DNA of 64,000 nt from the NCBI GenBank assembly GCA_965178125.1, contig OZ237735.1, positions 1,116,001-1,180,000 on the forward strand, read 5' to 3'. The translations under genes and the position numbers were made by a program. The notes beneath the pieces are model-generated. The model was not told the DNA's origin. It saw only the letters and a list, made by a program, of their open reading frames with translations, and ran no database searches. Source of the DNA: Bilabrum cf. latius. Taxonomy: Eukaryota. Below are positions 54,432 through 64,000 of the stretch, in pieces (positions within the stretch are counted from its first letter, which is position 1; every line of letters begins with the position of its first letter).

Positions 54432-55122
54432 TCGTACAGAGACATTCTTCCCCGCTGTAGACACACACATGATTCAGGGCATTCAGCAGGTCCTCCATTG
54501 CTAGCAGCTCATCCTCTCGTCCGACTGCCAGCCCCAACCTGAATCTTGCAAATTCTCTGGTTGGATTTCCAACCAATGATGCCACAGTGTACGCGCAACC
54601 TAGTCTCGTTAACAATCAGACATGGTAAGACCTGACAAAGCTGTGCCTGTGCGCGACCCTTGACCGGACTGACCGGGGCTGGGAAGAGCACGTGCACTAC
54701 TCCGCCGAGGAGGAGGGGGTTGGGAGGGTGGGCATAAATTACCCAATCTCCGCCCCTCTCCTGAACACACAGAGGGTATGCGCGTCATCGCAAGCAATCC
54801 GTTGGCTTGGTCGCACCTTCCCGGTCGCAACCTCCAGCGGAACCCAACGAGCCGTTCACGCGCTCCCACTCTGGCATCAACACCAAACCCCATACGGCGT
54901 TAGGATCAAGACAATGGGATTGGACCAATGCTTTAAGGCGCGGTAGAAAAATGGATGAGTTGCGCTCGGTTTGTATGTAGCTGGTCAAAGTCACATTCAA
55001 CTGCGGGCAGCGTAAACTCGACCTGCCAATTCAATCACAGTGTTCTAACTTTTGCGGGCAGTACCATGGATCTGTGCAGTGCTTCGTGCAAGAGGCTGAA
55101 CTGAGCCAGGCCATACCAATAA

Positions 55123-58100
55123 TCAGTCCTCTAGCGAAGCTTGAATTGCCTCGAGCAGTGCTGGATCCAAGCCTTCGTCCTCCCCGCTTCCGCTGCTAGC
55201 CGCAGGGGGTGCAGGTGCAGGTGCAGGTGCAGGTGCAGGTGCAGGTGCAGGTGCAGGTGCAGGTGCAGGTGCAGGTGCAGGTGCAGGTGCAGGTGCAGGT
55301 GCAGGTGCAGGTGCAGGTGCAGGTGCAGGTGCAGGTGCAGGTGCAGGTGCAGGTGCAGGTGCAGGTGCAGGTGCAGGTGCAGGTGCAGGTGCAGGTGCAG
55401 GTGCTGGGGCCCAGATTTCATCGAGGAGGCCACTGAGTGCATCTTCCAAGTCTGCAGCTTCGCCTGCACCTTCCAGGTGGGTCGCAGCTGCATCTTTTTC
55501 ATGTCTGCGATCCGCTTCCTTGCTCTCCGATGCCCCCCCTCCTCGCTCGTGTCCCCTAGCAGCATTGCCTGAGCTGCCTGCAGGGTGAGACGGCTTGCCT
55601 CCTTCTTTAAGGCCGTGCATTGATCGCAGCGCAGCGACTGCAGCAGCACCGCCTTGGTAGTCATCCGTGCTCCCTTGGTGACACCAATCGAACAGCTGAG
55701 CCTCCATCCATTGCCACTCTGGCTGCAGCAGCTAACGCTGCTCTGTGCACACTTTCGAGAACCGAAGTAGCTAGCCATTGCCGTCATCGCTCCCTGCTAG
55801 CATCTATAGCGTTGCACACAGGCTCGTCACCATCGCTGTATCGTTCTATCGCTACTTCAGACGAATGAGAGCGACTACTCCAGTCTCGGAATGCGACCAC
55901 AACATTTTCATGCGGTCAGCCACGAACTGGTCGCTTATCTACATGAGCTTCATCAGGCACACAGTCAGTGCGTTTGCGTCGAACGCGTTGCTGCAGTCTG
56001 CCAACTGGCTCATGATCGCTTCGTAAAGTCGCTGGCTTGCATCAACATCGCTGAATCCTATCGCGGACACCGCATGCGACGTATGCTTGCACAGCACCAC
56101 AGGGGCCACAGCTCGATCCCCAAGGATGGGCAAGCTGTAAGCGATGGGCAGCACTTCGCGGTCAAATGCTCTCATAGTTCGGGCTGCCCCACCCCTCTCG
56201 TCCAACTAGCGGCTTGTTTCATGGATCATTGGACAAGCAAACGATGGGACTGGGACACTTAAGGAGTAGCCCGCGGTCCCCTCCTTGCACGCTGTTGAGC
56301 GGGAGAGGCTGTGCACGAGTACCTCCACAAGCCATCGCAAGGCTGGTGTGCTACTAAGGATCCGCAGCAAGAAGCCATCAACTGCCGGGGCATTGTCCCC
56401 GCTCAAACGGTCAGTCAGATAGCGAGTGCGGCACGTGCTCCAGTATTCTGCGCTACGCTCGGACTGGTTGGCTTGCTCCTCAAACTCGAGGCTCTGGGCC
56501 AGAACTTCATCGGCGCTCGCCCTCGCGGCCAGCATCGCTTGCAGGGCCTGTTTAGAGTCTCTCTGGTCATCGCCAAGCGAATCCACGAAGGCAGTGGCTT
56601 GTTCGATCAAACTCGCAGAGTTGTTTAGTTCAGAAGTTGCGTTCCCACCTGAGGGCGAAATAGCGGGCGATGCCGAGCGGTCAGCCGAGGTACCACCAGT
56701 TGCATCTGATCCTGCGGCTCCCTAGCCCGACAAAATCTCGGCCAATCGTTGCATAGCTGCTTGTTTCTACCTCTGGGTTTCAGCTTCGGCATGATACTTG
56801 CCTTCGATAGATTTGCAGTACCCCTTCCTGACCTGCTCACCTTTTAGCAGCAGCTGAGGCACGAGATTCGCAGCGGCCACTAGGAACCCCGCAAGGTCAG
56901 CACCGGCAATCTATCGGGATTGCAACCGTTTCAGCTTTGCGATATCTACTCCTCGCAGGAGCAGAGGCAATTGATCATGCGATGCAACATCACAAGCTTC
57001 AGGCTTCGCGAGTGGCGAAAAATGTCCCGACACCAGATCCATTGCAAGGGTCGCTGCTCCCATAGCGGCCAACAGCCGCGATGACCACGGGCACTGCTAA
57101 CCGGACGACATGTCCGCTAGCAACCACGCAACATCTCTCCAGCGACTGACCTACTACCTCGAGTGAAGCAAGCTGACTCTGCCAACGAGAGCGCACAAGC
57201 GGCCAAGTGGAGAAGCTAGCGCAACCCGGTCGCTACCGTCAGCTTTCTCACCATCGAACCCTCTCTGACCAGACCCCTAGCTCGCAGCTGCAGTCTTTTT
57301 CGAGTCGATCGAGGAGTATGAAATCAGGAATTTCTCGTCCTGCTGCATTTCATCAACGAAGCACGCCTGAAGAGCACGACCAGTTCGGGACACGAGGAAG
57401 GCAGCCATGCGACGAACCGCTGCATTCTAATGGAGCAGCAGGCTCTGCATGAGTCCTTGATGACTACTCATGAAATCGGCGGTCCACCCTGCCAGCGTAG
57501 GTACATATCGTAAGAGAGTTGAGAGCTTCCATACAATGTGAGATGCAATGGGATAGTGGCTCGGCCTTGCCCAGCCAACGCAAACCAAGTACCGAAGCGC
57601 CGCCATGCCGAGATTCAGAATTCCTCTAAATGCCGGAACTGGTGGCGGACCATCTGCGTCGCTCGCGCCAGCTGCAGCCTCACCATCGCAGCTTGCACCA
57701 GCACCGCTAGATGGCCCAGCAGGCGGGCTACTAGAGGGTGAGTCGCAAGCAGCCTCGACTTCGGCCAACAGCGCTGATGCCTACTTCCACGAAAGGTCTG
57801 CTCCTATCTTACAAATACTAGTACGAATTCCGAGCGAAAGCTGCTGAGAAGATCTCACTAAAGCTTCAATTTCTGCTTTGCTGGCCGCTCTCTGGGACAG
57901 GCTTTCAAGCGCGGTCGCGGCGGTGTTGTGAGCAATTCTTCGTCTGCTCTCTCGCAGCGAATAGCCGTATCCAATCGCACTAGCAACTACGATTCCTCGT
58001 AGAATGACATGCCCAAGCAAAGGATCAAACAGAGACTGGCGCGCTCTAAACTGAGCATTTACTGCGCGGACATGACGAGTTTCCAAGTCCGGCAGCGTGT

Positions 58101-61100
58101 CCACAGGCTAGGTGGTGCTGTGCTCCTCTGATACCTTGACCGAACCGATCACTCCGGTACTTTCACAATCTTTTCCCGCAGCACTCTCGTTATCAAGCCT
58201 GGAGTACAGCAGGAGGTAAGCCGACTTGCCAGAGTCCGAATCGGAACCTTGCCCCCCTCCAAAACCTTCCCGAACAACCTGCCGCTAAGAGACGGTAGAA
58301 ACTCTCGTATCGTTTAGCTTGAGCCACTCTTGTCCTTTTAGAGGCTCACAGCCAGGATACTACCCTGAGTTGCGGACATACGTATAGTAGTGGCCCCCAC
58401 CAGCCTTGCCCTCGTGTATGACAACAGCCGAAAGCTGGTACATGTGCTGGGCCTATCGGCTGGGGTCTACCCCGCTCTTGGACTCCAAAGAGTCTTCCTA
58501 AACAAACTCTGAAATGTCTAGTAGATCGCTGACTGGAAACTCTAGACGGCCATTCAGCTTTAGACGTATATCAGCCTGCCGATCGTACTTGAAACGTAGG
58601 AGCTGGAGGAACAGGAAAGGCGGTGCCCTCTTCAGGCGCGTCTTTCGAACCGCTCGCACCAACGTGTTCTCAATTGGACACCTGTATCGTTCATCCCCAT
58701 CCAACACTTCATCAGAGAATGCCGCGATCAGTGCCTCGTGCAGAGTGGCCTTTCCAGAGACGAGGGGCACCTGGAGTAGAGCGTTGTACTGCGTCCGCAA
58801 CACGCCCTCCGCATTCGCAGGCGTGTACGTCCGTACCTCTGAAATGATGCCAAACAAGGAGAGAACCCTAGAACGCTGTAACCTGGTTGTTGGGGACTTA
58901 GGCTCAGAGTCAGCTCGAATTGCGACTGCTGGTCCAGACCCTTTCCCGTCCTGTGAGGCATCCTGGCGCTGTTGATGCCTGGATACTTCGTCTATCCTAT
59001 CGATTAAGCCACTGAGAAACTCAGCTGCGTCTTCTTGGCTTCCAAGCTTGATGGATTGGCCGCAGTTGTCAATATACGACCTAGCAAAATCACGAACTCC
59101 GACAATGCCAGACTCGCCCTGCGACAGCAGTCCAAACATCTTCCGCAGCTCATGCACAGCGGACATGTGCTTATGAACTTGATCGGTCGGGGCGGCATCT
59201 TCTGCGAGCTACTCGACAGGGATTTCGAGCAAGGCTTGCCTGAACTCTTGCACGCTATACAGCGCCTGAATGGTCGAGTTCGCATAGCAAACACTCCCAG
59301 GATTCTCGAGGCCAGCCACCGGAAGCTGTCGGTCCCTCGGGGCTAAATCAGGCAACTTCACTAAATCATCGCTGTAAGGGTTGTCGGCTCCATCGAGGAA
59401 CGCATTCCTGACTAATTCTTCGACGCAGGATCTGATGCCAGTCGACAGCAGGTTCACTCGCTCCAGTGGAGCACTTTCATCAGGGTCGGTGGGATCCATC
59501 AGAGAATCAAACATCGTATCACTTGGTACGTGTTCCATTAATGTCGCTTCCATTTTCCCCTTGATTAATTCTTCGAAGAGCTACGGTTTGTCGCGGCGGA
59601 TAACACTGCTAGGGAGCCAGATCCCATCGGGCTGCGACCTGAAGTGCTACTCATATTGAGCCGTCTCTGCATCTGATAGATACCGTCGGTCAACCAGAAA
59701 TTGACAAGTTGATCTGATATAGTCCGAGCCGTAATGCACCGACTAGTGCTGGATACGATACGAAGCAACCGATGGGATCGGCCCGAATCCAGCTTCAAGA
59801 AGCAACTCAATAGCCTGTCTCGATGCAAATGGACCAACTTGTCGCTACAGCTGGCCCCCTGCTAGCAAGTTTTGTAGGCAACTCGAAAAGCCAGTGGTCG
59901 ATTCCCGCAATGATGCATTGTTGGGCACCTCAGCTGCAGCTCCAAGCTGCATTAGAGTGGAGGCGGTGCGGTCGACGACACGCGGAAATTGGATCGACTC
60001 GTACGCCGCTAGTATGGCAGCTCCCCTGTCTGAGTGCTGCTCCTCCGTGGCGAGGCTTCCACAAATTTGACCGACTCTAGCTGCAAACTACTACATGCTA
60101 CCGCGCGAAGTGATACGAAAAAGGGCCGACGCCGCGCACATGAGAGCCTGCATAGCAGAGCGGCTCGTACCTGCTGTCAAACTATTGAAATCCAGCCCAT
60201 GCTCCTCAGTCATCACAGCTTCCAGCAGGTTCTGGGCCGATGTTCGCATGCTAATTTCGGCTGCTGTCGTTTGTGTCCCGTCGACTACCAAAGAAGAAGA
60301 TGATGGGTTCGAGTTCGCCCCAGGGCCAGATAGGGCAACACAAGCGGCTGAGCGCATCATCTGAGCCGAAACGGTGCACGCGGATTTGCTAAATAGATCC
60401 TTGCACCTACTTGACACTTCATCGGCCCATCGTGACCGTGCCACAGACAGTGACTTGATACCCAGCTCGTTGCGCCTCGTGCTGGCGACAAGACCTCTTG
60501 CAGCGACGCTGTTTGATGTACTGCCAAGGAACAAAGCCAGAGATGCAATGTCTGAGACGTCAGGTGCAATAACTGCAGGGATGACCTGCATGTCTTCGAA
60601 GCACGTGATCGGCATGTATTCTTTCAGCGATCCGGATCGACTCTGCCTGTCAGCTTGCATCTGTACCATCCGATCGATTAGCTCGACAGGCTTCGCAGAC
60701 ACTCTGAAAGCTGCGTCAAATAGAAGTCTTGGACTGACTACGGCTCGAAAACTGTCACCAATAGAGCTTGTCGGAATACTGCTGGAGAGCAAGCTGCTTC
60801 CGCAGCCTTGAAATGCACCAATTGACCCAATGGCGGCACGAGCCAACCCAGCAGGGTCGCACGATACTGCCTCGCGCACCCCCAACAGACCCCCACCGAA
60901 TACTGCCAGTCCATTGCTGGTCGGACCAAGGGGCAACCCGATCGCTGTTGCTTGGTGCCCACCTTCTGCCGCACGGTCGGATGGATTCGGAGCTGCAGCG
61001 CCCTGGTTGTCTTCCTGCTTCTTCTAGGCAAGTGAGACGGGCAACACATTGTACACATCAAACTCAGCAGGTGCTATTCGAGCTACACTACCTGGGCCAA

Positions 61101-64000
61101 GCTATCGCAGAACTCGCGTGGCGTGCTCGCTCCATCTTGCGCTAGCCTCCTGCAGTTTTGCAACTCTGTCCCCCACTGCACCACAAACAGCGGTATCAGC
61201 TGCGATTCGCACGACCATCCGGAGCACGGATGCATCGAGGCCGTTCTCATCCAAGCCGTCCGTTGATCGCTGTACGTACTGATCAATGAAAGCCACCCCG
61301 GCCTGAAGGCACTCCAGCAGAGGGGGGGAGAAGCTCGAGATGAGTTTCAGCCTGCCATCCACATTATCTGATTGCTTCAGTCTGCGAAGAAATGTCTCCA
61401 CGTCTGCCTGCTACGCGATGTCCCTTTGTAAGATTCGCAATTCATCTGTGAGTTGGTGCTGCAATTTCTGCAGCCGATCTAGCGTCCAATCGCGTCTCTC
61501 CTAGGCAATAGCTGCCAAGTGGTAGCAAAAGCAGCATAGTAATGCATTCGCTGGTTGCGAGCAATTCTGGTCTATGCTCGCAAGCACCAGATCAAGCCAG
61601 CCACTCCGAAACAGCAGTGGAGAGCAGCTACCATGTCGATCCGCATCTAGCGGATCCTAAGTTCGATTCGCTGCAGGTAACAGCACTCGGCTCGGCTTTT
61701 CACAGCTCGGAGACAACAACGATAAGTTTTGCTCCACAAGCACACCAAGCAGCGCGCACGCACACGGCGAGCACCAATCCATGCGGAGCGCCGCAGCCAT
61801 TCCAGTAGATTGTAATGAGAAAAGCGTGATTGCCAGCGCAAAGGATCCTACGCTGACTCCCCTCGCAGGTGGCTCCCAGGTCTCATTGCTTGACATGCAA
61901 TGATCCCTCCACTCTGCAGCCTCACTGATCAAGCCCACACTCCATGCTGGTGCAGCATTGCAGAACGGAAGTAGCAAGCGAACAGAACGCACGTGGCTCT
62001 GCACACATAGGGATATAGCTCGCAACTCGCGAGAATTTACATCTGCAGTCAACATACTACTGCATACCTGGTGCAATAGCTGGCCTGCACAATCAACGAC
62101 ATCTGTAACGAGCTGATCCGCGTGGGAAGGCTAGCAGAGCCGCTCCCGCCAGTGCAAAAGACCCGTCGGATTTTCGCAAGCAGCTGCCGCGCCTCCAGTC
62201 GCCTACTCGCTCTTATCAACTCCAGGGTGTAGCCCCTCGCGATCAATTGGGCTGAATAAAGCATTATGAAATGAACTTGCAGAATCTTCAAGAAGCTCGG
62301 CCGCTTGACGATCAAGACCGCATTCCACCTCGAGCTCTTCCGCCTAGACAGAAGCTACAATTGACGCTACCCAGTGCTCCAACCCTCTCGCAGATACTAC
62401 AGCTAACGCAGAAGAGCTCCGATCGTCATCGGAAGCCCAAGCCCCACGGAGAAAGTCGCGAAGTGAGCAGCCTGATCGAGACGTTCCACTTGGCTCGCTG
62501 CACACGGTCCTCAGCATCGATACCATTTTTGCAGGCACCAAATCAAGAAGGCACTTGAAGAGAGACGTATCGTCCACAGTATCATGGGACTTACAAACAG
62601 TGCAGATGGCTGCACAAAACCCATCATTTGATCTGAAGGCATCGTCGAAGGACTTGATATGAGGGCACCCGAGCCAAAATGCTGCCTCTGTTATTTCGCC
62701 TGCCGTGGGTGGCACTGCTGGATCTGAAACAGAGTCCTTATTGCCCATCGTGTCGATGTGAGTCATTTCGTATTCCAAACTCATCGAGACTAGCCTTGAA
62801 TTCGACGATATTCTCAAGTCTTTGAGCAGAACGTTGTCGATGTCTGTGCACCTGCGGTCATCGAGCAGCAAGACGACGCTATCAACATCACTCACACTCA
62901 GAGCAGTAAACATGGAGCGCTTCAAGTCACCAATGCGCGTATTTTCTCCAATCTTGACCTCAACCATTGCCTAATGCTGCGCCTGCAAATCGCCGTACTA
63001 ACCGCGTAGGCCATGGAACAAGTCCATGACCAGGATACTAAGGTTGTGAGGCAATACATGGGAGGGCTCCGCAGTCTCAGGGCTACTGGGTGCCTTGATA
63101 TGCTTAAATCTATCGAGCGCGCGAGACAATGACTGCTTCCTCTTGTTGACCGCCTCTGCCACTCGCTCTTGCCATGCCTTCGACCTATCGATTGCCATGC
63201 ACAGCATTGTCTCCACCTGCCGCCGAGGTTCCTGCGCCTACCCAGAGGCACCGCCAGCAATGGGCCCAGAATGGTTAACACTGAAATTCGTGCAAGCATG
63301 TAGGAATGCCAAGGCTTGGCAGCTTGATGACTTCACCATATCCTTGATTCGATCTACCTGTGCTGCTGCGGTAGCTCTACCGCCTGCAGTTGAGCCTAGT
63401 CGGCGAACGTTGCGCAAACCGTCGAAACATTGAACAAACATGTCGGTGAGAATGGCGTTGAGATGCGGCACATCGTGCTTCCACAGCTCTGAGGCTCCCC
63501 ATAACTCAGATGGATCGCAGAGTACCAATATCCCAGGGCCAAGACCAAGCGGCTTGCTTCCGGCTGGACCTAGCAGCCGCCTGAACTCACCAATAACACT
63601 TCCGTCATAATCCTACGTTTTCATCCACAAGGAGGCTGTAGGCTTTTCCGCGTTGTCTGGCATAGACGCCATTCTAGACGTTCTAAAGTTCACCGAACGG
63701 ATTAGAAACCCGGCGAATTCCGCCGCTGCTGCTGACCTGTCGCAAAATTCAGACCGCTCAGCGCATCTGGGTCGAGTCTTGCTGATACTGCACAGCGAAC
63801 AAGAGCCAGCAAGCAACGCACTCAGCCAATCTTCCGATATCAGTGGTTTCGGTGCCTCAGCAGCATCACTGTGACTACCCCCAGCGGAGCCGTCCAGTGG
63901 GGCCTGCGACTGTGTCAGGTATTCAACGAGACTAAGACTGGGCTACCCAACCAACATCTTGATCCAGTGGAAGAACATGACTGTATCTTCTGAACATGCA
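55123..64000 (-). CDS. Large USP9X/USP24/USP34-like deubiquitinase (>2,950 aa, 5' end beyond window): helical region, UBL-like domain, C19 catalytic domain, (AP)n linker, C-terminal UIM-like motif
   Basis: Cys box GLENPGSVCYANSTIQALY (~59260-59315), SQEDAAEFL, LFLQLLRFKYD..KLNGRLEFP, His box YQLSAVVIHEGKAGGGHYYTYVR, WLKLND, FGG, SAYLLLY (~58200-58440), UBL-like segment ~62790-62967, tail DPALLEAIQASLED. One frame, interruptions are TAG; ends TGA at 55123. Confidence 0.88.
55208..55404. repeat. Perfect hexanucleotide microsatellite (GGTGCA)32 plus a partial unit, coding for a Pro-Ala linker
   Basis: Direct inspection; in the USP frame it reads (AP)~33 just before the UIM-like motif. Confidence 0.97.

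Noticed and set aside
55131-55787. Poly-HL, poly-RC and poly-QV ORFs
   Set aside because: Alternative frames of the GGTGCA microsatellite; the (AP)n frame is continuous with the USP gene.
6598-64000. Interpreting the fragmented ORFs as pseudogenes, many small genes, or Sec/Pyl/readthrough cases
   Set aside because: No frameshifts and no in-frame TAA/TGA seen over ~55 kb of CDS, catalytic motifs are intact, eIF2-alpha is affected, and TAG falls at Gln-type positions and in tandem.

Overview
Gene-dense, intron-poor eukaryotic (protist) nuclear DNA that uses a non-standard genetic code: TAG is a sense codon, most likely Gln. The fragmented ORF track collapses into 9 genes once TAG is read through. 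Fragments of each gene lie in one frame and are separated only by TAG; I found no in-frame TAA/TGA in the gaps I read by hand. All 8 gene ends in the window are TGA, and 9 GT-AG introns can be modelled. Genes from left to right: (1) a >8,385-aa secreted protein with signal peptide, 2 PSI domains, thousands of residues of Gly/Ser beta-strand repeats, an internal peptidase-S74/ICA autocleaving chaperone domain and a near-perfect 696/606-bp tandem array that runs off the left edge; (2) a ~4,250-aa type-I membrane RING-H2 E3 ligase with an FN3/EGF/PSI/CUB ectodomain; (3) an MRH-EGF-TM receptor; (4) eIF2-alpha; (5) a 7TM-like protein; (6) a probable DASH/Dam1 subunit Dad2; (7) a Tudor-USP deubiquitinase; (8) SKP1; (9) a USP9X/24/34-like deubiquitinase that runs off the right edge. 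No tRNA, rRNA, CRISPR array or transposon was recognised. Taxonomy cannot be fixed from the window; a stramenopile (bicosoecid-like) host is only a guess. Gene models, counts and domain calls are manual, without HMM or BLAST.
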